From an uncultured virus (IMG/VR IMGVR_UViG_3300041405_000400) (Duplodnaviria; Heunggongvirae; Uroviricota; Caudoviricetes), in IMG/VR virus record IMGVR_UViG_3300041405_000400: a stretch of 64,000 nt of DNA. The stretch is one strand, 5' to 3'. A program made the position numbers and the translations under genes. A model generated the notes under the pieces. That model was not told the DNA's origin and ran no database searches. It worked only from the letters and a program-made list of their open reading frames with translations. Each line of letters opens with the position of its first letter. Positions within the stretch are counted from its first letter, which is position 1. Shown one piece after another: positions 47,406 through 57,873 of the stretch.

Positions 47406-47732
47406 TTAAATGGCGTGGTCGGCTGGACAGGTGATGCCCGCTCTGGATTCGGTGGTAACCGGTTCCTGGAGATTGTTTTCACCCTTCTTCTTGCTCTTCA
47501 GGTGACCGTCAATGGTGACCTTGTAACACTTGTCACCTTCCTTGATCTCTCGAACCCCCGTGAACATCATGGCAGATGTCAGTTCGGTATCGCCGTTTTC
47601 AAGAATGATCGCATCAGCGAGATAGCCAATTTCATCTCCGCTCTCACTCAGCACCTGAACGTCAGGAGCCTCGGCAGCATAAACTGCGTTGGCGAACAGC
47701 AAAGCAAAAGCTGAAAAAACCATTTTGATCAT
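47406..47732 (-). CDS. secreted hypothetical protein
   Basis: signal peptide (…AVYA), GGAG RBS. Confidence 0.8.
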   Translation of the reverse strand: MIKMVFSAFALLFANAVYAAEAPDVQVLSESGDEIGYLADAIILENGDTELTSAMMFTGVREIKEGDKCYKVTIDGHLKSKKKGENNLQEPVTTESRAGITCPADHAI

Positions 47733-47777
47733 AAAAACTCCGTGGCTGACCAGACCATCTGGTCAGCGTTTGTTCTG

Positions 47778-48311
47778 CTATTTAGAGGCGAGGTATTCTT
47801 CGGCGAATTTCTTGGCCTGTGCGCCGTCGTACAGGCCCTGAAATTGTTTCAGATGCTTCATCACGCCGCCAATGTTGGTCGCCTGCGAAGCTGCGATATG
47901 CTGGCGCAGCGTGTCATCGTCCATCATCGCCGGGAGAAATTGCTTCAAAATTTCGTTTTCTGCGGCGAGCTTCTCACTTTGCTTGTGGCCGTATTTAATC
48001 GACTCGACGTTGCTTTTGATGAATTTTCGAACCTTGGCCTCGACCTTTTCGTCGGTGATCTCGCTATCGTCTTTGACCAGCTCAAAGGTGATCAGGTATT
48101 CCACGCCATCAACGGTCTTGGTAGCCTGTGGATCTTCAGGACGCACCATTTCTGCCGTCAGTGGAATCAGCTTCTCCTGATACTCTTTGCCGTTAATGGC
48201 GTCTTTCTCAAGATCGCCCAGCAGCATGGTAACGATGCCACAAGCAATGACTTGATCTGGCTTGCCTCGGGTTTCAGCTCGCAGTTGTTGTGCTTTCTGA
48301 TACAGACTCAT
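47778..48311 (-). CDS. GatB/YqeY-domain protein
   Basis: TDEKV...KFIK...E..IL.QFLP.MM...IGGVMKHLK...YDG. Confidence 0.75.
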   Translation of the reverse strand: MSLYQKAQQLRAETRGKPDQVIACGIVTMLLGDLEKDAINGKEYQEKLIPLTAEMVRPEDPQATKTVDGVEYLITFELVKDDSEITDEKVEAKVRKFIKSNVESIKYGHKQSEKLAAENEILKQFLPAMMDDDTLRQHIAASQATNIGGVMKHLKQFQGLYDGAQAKKFAEEYLASK

Positions 48312-48747
48312 GTATTTCTCCTACTCAATGTAACAATTAGCGCCACGCCTTTGCGTTGGCGATGCTCATCTCTACAAAAACTAATCGCTGGAATCAGAAA
48401 AACCCTCACTAAAAGGGTCTTGTCTTGTGTGATTCGTGTAAGCGCAATAACAATTAAGTGATCTTATTATATATCACTGATCCGTCCTTGTCAATTGCAA
48501 TGACAGCAATCACCGCTCATCAAGCTCTGCATCGCGCTCATTCTCAAGCTGGGCTTCATATTCGCTTTGGCGTTGTTGATCTTCCTGGTCCTCAAGTTCC
48601 TTGCACGGGTCGCAATATGGAAGGCCAATCGGCCCGCTGCCCGTGATCCAGCAAAGGGGGATGTTGCAACGAAAGCAGTGGAGTCTGTACATATCAAACA
48701 CCTGGGCAATTTCAGCAGCATGCTGATTTATAATTGAGGTCGTTGCA

Positions 48748-49299
48748 TTAGGCTGCGGTGGACGTAATAACGCCTTTGCTAGCCGCTTGGGGTCGCGCCT
48801 CATCCGTGAGTCGAAGTTCTTCCGCCAGCTCAACCAAGTCGAGCGTCTCATAACGTGTAGGCGCTGAAACTGGGTAGGTCTGATACACGGTGTCAGTGAG
48901 CTGGTTGAACATTAGGCTGTCGGTTAGCTGGGCGACATAATCCAGAACCGTAATTGCGTCGCCTGACAGCTGATCAAATTCTTCTTTGCCCACAAAACCA
49001 ACCTCGATTCGGTGCGGCCATTGTGTGTCATCGAATGTAGAACGGAAAAGGCGATTTGACGCCATCGACCGGCGCAGCGATTCGGAATCAGGCCCATGGT
49101 GACCAAATTTCCACGCCTCTCCACTGATTGTCTGTCCATAGCGCAGGGCACTGAGCCAGTCAGCGAGATAGAACATGAAAACGATTTGCTGAGCGGACAG
49201 GGTTGGGGACTGGCTCTTGTGAAGAAGATAGGCGGTAGCCTGTTGAATCTTGGTCATAGGGTTTCCAGTGGAATATACCGGCAGTAGGTGCTGCGACAT
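48748..49299 (-). CDS. Panacea (DUF4065/SocA-like) domain protein
   Basis: MFYLADW...YGQTISG..W....HGP, L...VYQTYP. Confidence 0.75.
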   Translation of the reverse strand: MSQHLLPVYSTGNPMTKIQQATAYLLHKSQSPTLSAQQIVFMFYLADWLSALRYGQTISGEAWKFGHHGPDSESLRRSMASNRLFRSTFDDTQWPHRIEVGFVGKEEFDQLSGDAITVLDYVAQLTDSLMFNQLTDTVYQTYPVSAPTRYETLDLVELAEELRLTDEARPQAASKGVITSTAA

Positions 49300-49367
49300 C
49301 GCGACACCTATCAATATGCCGATATTATGACCATGCTAGACGCTTATGTCAATCTCAGTGACTTTGC

Positions 49368-50417
49368 TCAGGCGACGGAAAGATTCATGCTCTGATTGGA
49401 CACTTGCTTGGAGGGCACGACCAGCGCGTAGCCCAGTTTGAAGGCGCCCTCAACGTCTCGCAGGACAGTTCTGTACATGTAGGATGCCTTTTCTTTCATT
49501 TCTCGAATCTGCTGCTCGCTTTTTCCTCGGCCATCATTCTCAATGGTTTTGAAGATTGATATTTTTGCGGCGACAAGTCCACTGATGACGCTTTTTACGT
49601 CTCTGCCATTAACAGCCAATAGTGCTTTTTTCATTAACAGAATGCTGTCTTTATTAAACTCTCTATTTTCCATAATGAAGGAGTCAATCGTCCGCATAGT
49701 GGGGATGAATGAGCAAACCTGTTTCATCGACGGAATATGCAGTTTGTGCGTAATGGGCTCATTCGCCTTCTTCTGGTCAAGAATGAACTGCTCCATGGAA
49801 ATAGGCTTTGGTTCTGTCTCTTTAAGATGCGGCATGTACTTGATGATCATCTCGGCGGCTTGACGCAAATTCGTTGCCTCGGCGTATTCAGCCTGACGAG
49901 ATTTAAAGCAATCGGAATAGCTGGCGCCTAAGCTGATCGAGCTGGCAAAGGACTGTTGAAGATCGAGTTCCGCTCGAAGATTATTGCTCTTGATACATGT
50001 CAATATCTCGACTGCCTGGGTTAAACGTCGATCCGAAAGAGCCTGATACTCGGCATGTGCCTTTACATTCTTAATCAGGGTTTGTGTTTCCTGGTTTAGC
50101 TCAGACGGCAGCACGTCATAAATCTTGCTCATGATTGTGTATTTGAGCTGATCAATCGACATGACATTTTTGTAGCTATCAGCACGCATCTGTGCAACAA
50201 ACGATAACGCCTCGACGGGGTGGTTGGCGTCTTGCTTCTTTAGGGTTTCTGAATAAAAATCATTGAATTTCTGAGAAATGCTAACGACTGAATTGTACAT
50301 GTTCTTGATTTCATCAACGATAAAATCACGGTGTCCGTGCATTTCATTAAAGCTCTTTTCGAGAGTATCGTTAATGCTATCTTCCATTATGCATTTAAAT
50401 TCTTTCAAACTCGGCAT
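49368..50417 (-). CDS. helical hypothetical protein
   Basis: 349-aa ORF. Confidence 0.8.
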   Translation of the reverse strand: MPSLKEFKCIMEDSINDTLEKSFNEMHGHRDFIVDEIKNMYNSVVSISQKFNDFYSETLKKQDANHPVEALSFVAQMRADSYKNVMSIDQLKYTIMSKIYDVLPSELNQETQTLIKNVKAHAEYQALSDRRLTQAVEILTCIKSNNLRAELDLQQSFASSISLGASYSDCFKSRQAEYAEATNLRQAAEMIIKYMPHLKETEPKPISMEQFILDQKKANEPITHKLHIPSMKQVCSFIPTMRTIDSFIMENREFNKDSILLMKKALLAVNGRDVKSVISGLVAAKISIFKTIENDGRGKSEQQIREMKEKASYMYRTVLRDVEGAFKLGYALVVPSKQVSNQSMNLSVA

Positions 50418-50499
50418 ACTTTAATCTCGTTTTTGATACAAGTATAACACAGCGAAAGTCAATATTTTTAATCATTAAAAAACCGCCCGAAGGCGGTCT

Positions 50500-51258
50500 T
50501 TAAATTTCCACTACCAAGAAGGGATCAAACTCCTTATTGGGGTATTTATTGGTGCCTCTGGGGTTGGCCACAACACGCGTATCTCCGATCATACAGTCGG
50601 TTTTTGAATGCATATGTCCGTGTGCGTAAAAATCAACTTTATTGTACAGCAACATTGAGTCCAATTCAGAGCAATACATATAGTTGTGAGGATGGCCTTG
50701 ATATATCTCAGGCACACTTTTGTGGGTAAGCGAGTGATGAGACAGCAACACCGTTTTGCCGTCAAAATCTTTTTCCAACTCACTTTGGAAATAGGACTTC
50801 GACTTCAGATGCTCAGACAAAATGAATTGTGAGTTAATGCGTTCATCTCGCTCATCATTATCGATGTACATGTAGTCCTTGGTAACGCCCATTCCTTGAA
50901 TAAGGCACAAGGGATTCTGATTATTAAAATCAGTCCACAGCGTGGCACCGATAAAGCGAACATCGTTAATGACATGGGTGCTGTTTTGCAGCAAGAAAAT
51001 ATTTCCGTGAGACTTGGCCTTCTCTTCCCAGGCTGCGTAGGTGTCTTTAAGCGAGCTGAGGTAGAACTCGTGATTACCCAGCACCAAGAGTACAGGTTTT
51101 GTATCAGCAATCCGGCGCACAAAGTCATAGCCACGAGTGCCCTCATGAATATCACCCAGCACTGCGCAGGCGTCCGCCTTGCAGATAGGCGGTTCCATGC
51201 CCCACATGTCCAGATGGGGGTCGCTAAACAGATGTAGGTTGAACGGTTGGCGGCTCAT
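50500..51258 (-). CDS. calcineurin-like metallophosphoesterase
   Basis: SDPH, GDI, GNHE, HH, HGHMH, NPRG. Confidence 0.92.
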   Translation of the reverse strand: MSRQPFNLHLFSDPHLDMWGMEPPICKADACAVLGDIHEGTRGYDFVRRIADTKPVLLVLGNHEFYLSSLKDTYAAWEEKAKSHGNIFLLQNSTHVINDVRFIGATLWTDFNNQNPLCLIQGMGVTKDYMYIDNDERDERINSQFILSEHLKSKSYFQSELEKDFDGKTVLLSHHSLTHKSVPEIYQGHPHNYMYCSELDSMLLYNKVDFYAHGHMHSKTDCMIGDTRVVANPRGTNKYPNKEFDPFLVVEI

Positions 51259-51324
51259 TGTGTGCTCGAAATTAAAGGATTTTTGAGTATTATGTTTGGG
51301 TTGCGGCCCTGTTTCAAGAGCCGC

Positions 51325-52059
51325 TTAAATTTGCTTGATTTTGGCTTCCTTGAAGACAGCCTCTCTCACTGCTTGTGGTACGCCTTTCATGCCTTCATTG
51401 AGCATGAAGTACAGCTCTTTCGAGATCGCACTGACCTCGTGGTTAATCGATTTCAGCTTTTGCTTATCGGCATCGCTGCTGTATTTACGATCCTTGATCA
51501 GGGCGCTCACTTGCTCTTGCTTGGCCTTCATCTGGGCGTTCAGCCCCAGGATCTTGGTGACGACCTCGGTTTTCATCGCTTTCGCTTCAGCGGGCTTCAG
51601 GGAGCCGCTCAGCGTAATGCTGAAATGGTCGGCGAAGAGCTTGAGGAACTCTTCGACCTTGGCGAACTGAAAACTCTTCAGCGCTTGTTCGTCGTGATCG
51701 ACAAAGAATGCCTTCAACAGCTCCTTGGCTTCGGACACGGAGAATTCACGGGAGTATTCCACCCCGCCGTCTTTGGACATTTTCACGGTGGCGCGCACAG
51801 TGTGGGCTTCCACGTTCTTGAAATTGAAACTGAAGGAGAACGAGGCGCCAGCGTTCACGAAACGATACAGGTAGATGCAATCGAAGGTGATGGGTTTGCG
51901 CAGGTTGGATTCATCCAATCCCCAGCAATTGAACTGATACGATTGACGGTTCAAATTGACCTTGTTGAGGTGCGGTAGCGCCATAAAGCCTTTCAGATAC
52001 GGGCTAAGCACCTGCATCGGAGTTTGTTGGCGTTGTCCAAATTCATCTTGCTTCATCAT
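51325..52059 (-). CDS. hypothetical protein
   Basis: AAGGA RBS. Confidence 0.8.
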   Translation of the reverse strand: MMKQDEFGQRQQTPMQVLSPYLKGFMALPHLNKVNLNRQSYQFNCWGLDESNLRKPITFDCIYLYRFVNAGASFSFSFNFKNVEAHTVRATVKMSKDGGVEYSREFSVSEAKELLKAFFVDHDEQALKSFQFAKVEEFLKLFADHFSITLSGSLKPAEAKAMKTEVVTKILGLNAQMKAKQEQVSALIKDRKYSSDADKQKLKSINHEVSAISKELYFMLNEGMKGVPQAVREAVFKEAKIKQI

Positions 52060-52134
52060 GGCGATCAGTTCCTTGTCTCGTTCAATCAGTCTACATCGAA
52101 AGGTTTGAGGCGGTCTTCAGCAATGTCGAAGTGA

Positions 52135-52605
52135 TTACGCCTCATTGCCAAAAGCCTCGTTGTACAAATGCAATTCTTCTTTGTATTGGCGGTAGTCATC
52201 CACAACAGCTTCGATGACACCGGAATGTTGGTAAATAAATCTCCCCAAGTCGCTGGAGAGGTGTTCCATGGCACCCAAGATGTTGACCTTCTCCATCTCT
52301 AGTCGGGCGTTGTGGACGGCGGTGTAAACCTGTAGATCTTCCTCGATCAACACGCGATTGATCATCGCGAATCGATTGTCTGAGACGTGAAACGTTGGTT
52401 TATAAGCGACGGAGGCTCTCTCGAATCGCTCACGAAGCGCTTCCAGCTCCATCGTCCGGATGCAGGCAAGGCAAGCCGCGTCTTTGGTTGCAAGCGCATC
52501 AAACGCCGCACGATCAAGCAAATAGCCGGGCTGTGTTGCACTGCACAGTGCATGGCCGTGGGCGCCAGCTATGTCGTTAACCCGAAGATGATTATTGGTG
52601 GTCAT
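52135..52605 (-). CDS. hypothetical protein
   Basis: ORF with H..C...C..C. Confidence 0.7.
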   Translation of the reverse strand: MTTNNHLRVNDIAGAHGHALCSATQPGYLLDRAAFDALATKDAACLACIRTMELEALRERFERASVAYKPTFHVSDNRFAMINRVLIEEDLQVYTAVHNARLEMEKVNILGAMEHLSSDLGRFIYQHSGVIEAVVDDYRQYKEELHLYNEAFGNEA

Positions 52606-52757
52606 TGCTTGATTTCTCAAAGTGGGTGGCGCCGAGTGGACGCGTTCAATGGGCTAATTTTAACCATTCTGATTGCTCATGTCAATGATAATGACAGATT
52701 CTCACATTGACCAACGCCAACGTTACGCGTATATTAAATTAAAAAGGAGCCACATTG

Positions 52758-53120
52758 ATGATTTACGCAACTCTGATTCGTCGTTATTTGCTGCCACTTA
52801 TTGGCTACTCGATTCTGGCTGCATTGCTAGTTGTGGTATGCGTCTGGAATTTTGAAGGCTTCGTGCCTGTTCTGTCATTTGGTGTGTTTATGGGCGTGGT
52901 GCTCTTTTGCATTCCTGTCCTTATCTATATTGATTACAAAGAGGTCAAGGGGCACATCAGCAGTCTGAACGATGTGCGTAAAGGCGGCTCTGTGCCTGCG
53001 GAATACATTGAAAAAACGATTTCGATGGCAGCTGAAAAGACCGGTGTGCCTGAGTTTGTTGTGTCGTATTTCTTCCGTCGCGCTGCGGCCCTTAGCAATA
53101 TCAAGCAGCTTCAGGAATAA
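52758..53120 (+). CDS. membrane protein
   Basis: AAGGAG RBS, two TM segments. Confidence 0.75.
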   Translation: MIYATLIRRYLLPLIGYSILAALLVVVCVWNFEGFVPVLSFGVFMGVVLFCIPVLIYIDYKEVKGHISSLNDVRKGGSVPAEYIEKTISMAAEKTGVPEFVVSYFFRRAAALSNIKQLQE

Positions 53121-53280
53121 AGGGTATCTGGTGCTTCTTCACGTAATATGATGCTGATTTTTCAGCAGTGCTGGCATTGGTAGCAGTTGTGTGACGGGCA
53201 CTGCTTACGGGTTGTATGACTGGGCACACAAAGAATTCCCCGACATGTACGAACAGCGTCGATAAATAGGAAATAACGAT

Positions 53281-53616
53281 ATGGTTCCAAATAAACCTGT
53301 CTCCGAGTTAACCCTGATAACAATAGGCTCAAAAAATAACGTGACTCCTCCTGGTCATCACTATTACCTATTCCACATAGCCACTGACCAACCAGACAAA
53401 CCGTTTTGTTTTGAGGAATCTGTGGGTGGGGGTCATGCAGCGGGAGGTGGGGCTATATGTCTTGCCTTGCTCGAACTCGATGGGTGGCCGGGCGGCTGGC
53501 GAGACCATCTCACCAAAGCTGGCTGTATTTGGGTTGCTGACGTTATTGACTCCCGTCTAGATCAGGACATACATATTGTAGTGGCTGAAATTCTCAAGCA
53601 CCACGAATCATTTTAA
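53281..53616 (+). CDS. hypothetical protein
   Basis: AGGA RBS. Confidence 0.65.
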   Translation: MVPNKPVSELTLITIGSKNNVTPPGHHYYLFHIATDQPDKPFCFEESVGGGHAAGGGAICLALLELDGWPGGWRDHLTKAGCIWVADVIDSRLDQDIHIVVAEILKHHESF

Positions 53617-53824
53617 TAGCCGGGCCACTGATGCTCTCTGGCTCATCATGCAGCGTGCAATACAGGCGTGAAAAGTACTTGCACTGGTGAAGCACCAAGT
53701 GAACCAACCGCCTTGGTTTGGACAGAGTGTAGATGTCTGTGTGGAACAGGCGATCATGCAGCTCCTGTCGGTACTGGAGATCGAACAATTGGGCTTTGGT
53801 GATGTGCGTAATTGGCTTAGTCAC
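53594..53824 (-). CDS. small hypothetical protein (possibly truncated)
   Basis: GTGA overlap with the upstream gene. Confidence 0.5.
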   Translation of the reverse strand: MTKPITHITKAQLFDLQYRQELHDRLFHTDIYTLSKPRRLVHLVLHQCKYFSRLYCTLHDEPESISGPAIKMIRGA

Positions 53825-54120
53825 TTTTTTCTCTTTTTCGCAGTGGCGTCTTTCATCTTGCCGAATTTCCGAATGATTTTCACCTTCAGATCAGGGGCTT
53901 TGAGTTCGATGGCCTGCTTGATCAGCTCAATATCGAGTTTGTATTTTCTGATTTTATTGATTTGTTTGGAAATTATTTTTCCTGCGCCAATACGAACACG
54001 GGTGTCTTCCTGATCGGCACGACTGATTTGAGCTTTAAGTTGGTCATAAATCAGGCGTGCTGACGCTCGATGGTCTTCAGGAATTCCGTGCTCCTCGCAC
54101 ATTTTGGTGAAATTATCCAT
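53821..54120 (-). CDS. basic hypothetical protein
   Basis: GAGG RBS. Confidence 0.7.
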   Translation of the reverse strand: MDNFTKMCEEHGIPEDHRASARLIYDQLKAQISRADQEDTRVRIGAGKIISKQINKIRKYKLDIELIKQAIELKAPDLKVKIIRKFGKMKDATAKKRKK

Positions 54121-54129
54121 GAAGGTGCC

Positions 54130-54669
54130 TCACAGCAGGTTTTTCGCAAAAACCAGTCGCGACAAGTTCGTCGCGTCCACCAATGCGTTGTGCTGACGAC
54201 CCTCGAACGACAATCCTGCCTCTTCCATAGCCTTGACCATGCTGACCTGACTGCCGTTATGGCGAACTTTGATCATGTACAGCAAGGCAGCGTTGATCGA
54301 GGTGGTGATTGGGTTTTCGATGCCCTTCCACTTGCACTGCTCGCCCAGATACTCGGTGTCATTACCCCATGCCACGTAGGTTTTTTTGCTGCCACCGAAC
54401 TTCTGTTTGATGGTTTCCAGCACCTTATGGAGTGGGCGCCCCTGTTTGCTCACCATGGCTGGTGTAATCCCGGTCAGCTGGGTACAGAACTCTGACACCC
54501 GATCTTCATCTGGTTTGACGTAATAATGCGCGTCACGCAATTTCCTGCCGGTGAGCAGGCACAGCTCAACAATGCCGATGGAGATGATCTCGCCGACACG
54601 GCGATCCCCTTCATCCCAGCAGCACATTTCCATGTCGTAACAAACAACCTTGGAGTAATCGGATTTCAC
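54130..54669 (-). CDS. DEDDh 3'-5' exonuclease (KapD/ERI-1-like)
   Basis: DMEMCCW, EIISIG, FCTQLTGIT, AWGND, GRQHNALVDA. Confidence 0.9.
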   Translation of the reverse strand: MKSDYSKVVCYDMEMCCWDEGDRRVGEIISIGIVELCLLTGRKLRDAHYYVKPDEDRVSEFCTQLTGITPAMVSKQGRPLHKVLETIKQKFGGSKKTYVAWGNDTEYLGEQCKWKGIENPITTSINAALLYMIKVRHNGSQVSMVKAMEEAGLSFEGRQHNALVDATNLSRLVFAKNLL

Positions 54670-54695
54670 GGTAACCTCTTTTCTATTCTGTCGGC

Positions 54696-55163
54696 CTAGT
54701 CCAGGCTCGATTTACTGCGACCATATTTGGGAAGGCTGTCCAGGTCGATACTGGTCACGAAACGATAAAACGCACGGGACGGTGGAACCCCCATCTTGAT
54801 GTAATTCAAGTAGCCTTCAGGCCACTTCCAGCCATCGCGCTCAAACTCGCGACTACCATTCATTTCGCCGGTCAACCGGTGCAAGGAAAAGCCGCGATAC
54901 TGGATGCGGGTGGTAAATGGCGATGCCTCCATTTCCTTGAGCAACGCGATAAACAGATCTTGCTCATAGCCCTCTGGCTGATAGACCACTGGCCAAGGGC
55001 AATGCCACGTCGCCCGCTTAGTGTCGCTACTCCAGTCCTCGCCTTCCGGGATCTCTCGACCAGGGCGCCAGTAACCTTCAATGCCAATGGGGAACGAGTG
55101 TTCGCCATTAACATCGACAAACTCGGCGTAATGTTCTGCACGTGATTTGGCTGGATTGTTCAT
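54696..55163 (-). CDS. hypothetical protein
   Basis: YRGFS..R...NGSREF....W.WPEGY..Y. Confidence 0.75.
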   Translation of the reverse strand: MNNPAKSRAEHYAEFVDVNGEHSFPIGIEGYWRPGREIPEGEDWSSDTKRATWHCPWPVVYQPEGYEQDLFIALLKEMEASPFTTRIQYRGFSLHRLTGEMNGSREFERDGWKWPEGYLNYIKMGVPPSRAFYRFVTSIDLDSLPKYGRSKSSLD

Positions 55164-55765
55164 CGTTTTATCTCTTCCGCTTTGATGAAGTACCCATTGA
55201 CCGTGGCGCCTGAGCGATTGCGGATCTTTTGAAGTCGCTCTGCAAGAACGGTATCCAGATCGATCTCATGCTTACTGGCAATGACGCACAGTGTCTGCAT
55301 CAGCAGCGAGACGGATGGATTGAAGATCAGGTCGTCTTCGGTGTTGACACCCTTACTCAACCGTCCCATCTGGGTCATCGCCAGCAAAACAAGATCAGCT
55401 GTCTTGTTCTTGTTGTCGAGTTCTCGACCTTTGCGACTGGCAAAAAAGCTTTTTTGAAACTCACTGAACGTCGGGTCAACGCCTAGCACCTTGTCGAAGT
55501 ATTTATTGGCCAGAATATAGCGCATGTCAGCCCGTCCATAATGCTCGACGAGAGTCAGCAGGGTGCCGATGAGGCTGCCGATTTTGCGACCCAAGACATC
55601 CATGTCTGGCATGTAGTCATAGACGCACTGGGCAATCTCACCGAGTTTTTCACTCGCGTGAAGCGCAATTGTTTTGGCATTGCTCTCAGCCAGAAGAATG
55701 CCATTGTCTCTGGCCCAATCACTGAAACGATCCTGTTGCATGGCAATACTTGGAGAAAGACTCAT
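55160..55765 (-). CDS. MazG-like (all-alpha NTP pyrophosphatase) protein, degenerate
   Basis: WARDNGI...EKLGEIA; C-terminal KIRNRSGATVNGYFIK. Confidence 0.65.
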   Translation of the reverse strand: MSLSPSIAMQQDRFSDWARDNGILLAESNAKTIALHASEKLGEIAQCVYDYMPDMDVLGRKIGSLIGTLLTLVEHYGRADMRYILANKYFDKVLGVDPTFSEFQKSFFASRKGRELDNKNKTADLVLLAMTQMGRLSKGVNTEDDLIFNPSVSLLMQTLCVIASKHEIDLDTVLAERLQKIRNRSGATVNGYFIKAEEIKR

Positions 55766-55767
55766 GT

Positions 55768-56196
55768 CTATCGTTCCTTGGTGGCTGAAGAGGCGTCATT
55801 AAGCCAGTCGATGGCGTGTTGCGGAAGCCCTTCAGTCAGCAGATGAGCTTGCTCAAGCCGCTGAAGTGCGTGGAAGGTTGCTGCGACATGCAAGGCGCGT
55901 TCATTGCCGGGCTTGCTCTTCCTGATTGCCACGTCCACATGGAGTGTCCTCCAGCTATCGGTATAGAGCTTCGCAATTAGGGCAATGTCCTGCTCTTTTT
56001 GAGTAAAACTGGACATCCACTCACCCAACTGCGCGGCGCGAATATCGTGTTCTGAAGAAGGCTTGTTCCAGTGCGATGAGTTGGTGTCAAAAACCTCGCG
56101 GCTTGACTGAATCCTGGTCGAGGCAATGACATGGCTAATCGACAGTTCTTGCGGTACTTCTTGTGCGGTCATAACCGCGTGTTCGGGTGAATTCAT
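55768..56196 (-). CDS. hypothetical protein
   Basis: ORF in an operon. Confidence 0.65.
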   Translation of the reverse strand: MNSPEHAVMTAQEVPQELSISHVIASTRIQSSREVFDTNSSHWNKPSSEHDIRAAQLGEWMSSFTQKEQDIALIAKLYTDSWRTLHVDVAIRKSKPGNERALHVAATFHALQRLEQAHLLTEGLPQHAIDWLNDASSATKER

Positions 56197-56209
56197 TGTC
56201 GTCAGTCCA

Positions 56210-56647
56210 TTATTCCGCAGTCAGCTTTTCCAGCATGTCCCAGGCTTCACGTTTAATCACGCGTGGGCAATTATCAGCGTGCTGAATGCCCTGTTCATCA
56301 TCCACATCAGCTTCCTGTTGGCACCCCGCACATTTGACCAGATCGGCGTTCCAGGAGCCTTTGGTGTGATATTCATCGGCGCCCTTCCCGGCCACCAAAA
56401 CCTTGCGCACCAGATCCTTGATATGCGTAAGCTCGGTCGCCAGTTTTTGGTGGCTGTACGCTTCCGAATGAAGATACGTCGCCAGCGCCCGAATGGCCAT
56501 CTCGCCGTCACCTTGAGGATGACGCACGGTAAACTCTTCGGATTGATCTGTGCCAGATGTCTGCACATCATATAGGCCATTCTCTAGCTGAATGACTTGA
56601 ACGACGCCAACCTTGGTTCCTTCTGCTTCCGCGACAATTTTGCTCAT
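56210..56647 (-). CDS. hypothetical protein with a C-terminal CxxC...H...C
   Basis: GGAGGA RBS. Confidence 0.75.
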   Translation of the reverse strand: MSKIVAEAEGTKVGVVQVIQLENGLYDVQTSGTDQSEEFTVRHPQGDGEMAIRALATYLHSEAYSHQKLATELTHIKDLVRKVLVAGKGADEYHTKGSWNADLVKCAGCQQEADVDDEQGIQHADNCPRVIKREAWDMLEKLTAE

Positions 56648-56779
56648 AAGTCCTCCAATTTCCGTTATCATAGCAATTGTCACGACAGTTGTCAATCCCA
56701 TTGACGGTCCGTAATTTGCCTGTAGCGACATCATACAGAATATTTTTCTTCTGAAGATGATATTATTTCATAAAAGGAG

Positions 56780-57826
56780 ATGCTTATGAGCAGCAAAGAA
56801 ATTGAATCAACGATTTTAAAAGAAATGAAAACCACCGTGCTTGTCCATGCGATGGCGAAAGAGCTAACCAAACAGAAAATAACCGATCCTAGCTTGTGGA
56901 ATCGCGAGTCTTTGATAAATGGCATTTCTAAACTTTACCCTTTGACAGTTGCCCTTGAGGCCAATTTAATAATAGGGAAGCTTGAGGCTGTACACCGCAA
57001 GGGTATCGTTGATGTATACCTTGATGTTCTGAAGGAGAATGGACTTGAGGATTCAAAAGAACTTCAAAAGGACTTTGGCTATTATGTAGCAGACATCTTT
57101 TATCCTGCTCAAATAGAAAATGACGACGAATTTACAGCCTCTTACCATGTGGAGCCGAGGGATCTTACTTTAGATGAGGACATCATGGAAACCGAAGTCT
57201 ACCTACATGAATTTGAGCATGAATCAAAGTTCAAGCCCTGTTTTATGGACTTTATGTCATTGCCCTTCTACAAAGGTCTGAGTCAGAAACAAAAAGATCA
57301 GTTAACTTCAAAGAATCACTCTAGTGCATTTTCTATGCTTTCCGAATATACCGGTTCCGCTACCGCAGCCAGCACCTTGCTTGCTCTGACCAGCCGGGTT
57401 GTCTCACACACTAACCAAAGAGATCCCAGTAACTCGCTGTCAAAAGAAGATCTTAGTCCTAAGAACATGGGTATACATGCGTTGGGGCTTTGTACAGCAT
57501 CTCGTATATTAGGTGGATATTTGTGCAATCAAGATGACCGGGCAATGCTTAACTTAGACTTGGCGGCATTGAAAGAAAAATATCTTCCTGAATTTGATGA
57601 ATTTGTTTCTTCTGGAATCGACGTTGTGGGTTATGCCAAGGGATTGGCGATTTTCGACGCATCAATCGGGAAGGATGATCAATTCGGTTTAATTGAAAAC
57701 TCAAACCCCTTTAATGCCAATCCTGAAGATGACAAATATTGGCAGGTCAGTGAAACAATATTTGACGATAGAATGATCCGTCGAAACAAATCTTTGGGCA
57801 CATCCCCTTCCTCCCCGTCGATGTAA
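56780..57826 (+). CDS. acidic hypothetical protein
   Basis: AAGGAG RBS, 348 aa. Confidence 0.8.
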   Translation: MLMSSKEIESTILKEMKTTVLVHAMAKELTKQKITDPSLWNRESLINGISKLYPLTVALEANLIIGKLEAVHRKGIVDVYLDVLKENGLEDSKELQKDFGYYVADIFYPAQIENDDEFTASYHVEPRDLTLDEDIMETEVYLHEFEHESKFKPCFMDFMSLPFYKGLSQKQKDQLTSKNHSSAFSMLSEYTGSATAASTLLALTSRVVSHTNQRDPSNSLSKEDLSPKNMGIHALGLCTASRILGGYLCNQDDRAMLNLDLAALKEKYLPEFDEFVSSGIDVVGYAKGLAIFDASIGKDDQFGLIENSNPFNANPEDDKYWQVSETIFDDRMIRRNKSLGTSPSSPSM

Positions 57827-57873
57827 ACTGGCTTGAGGCCGATAGGCAGCCTTCAGGATGTCTACCGGCCTCA

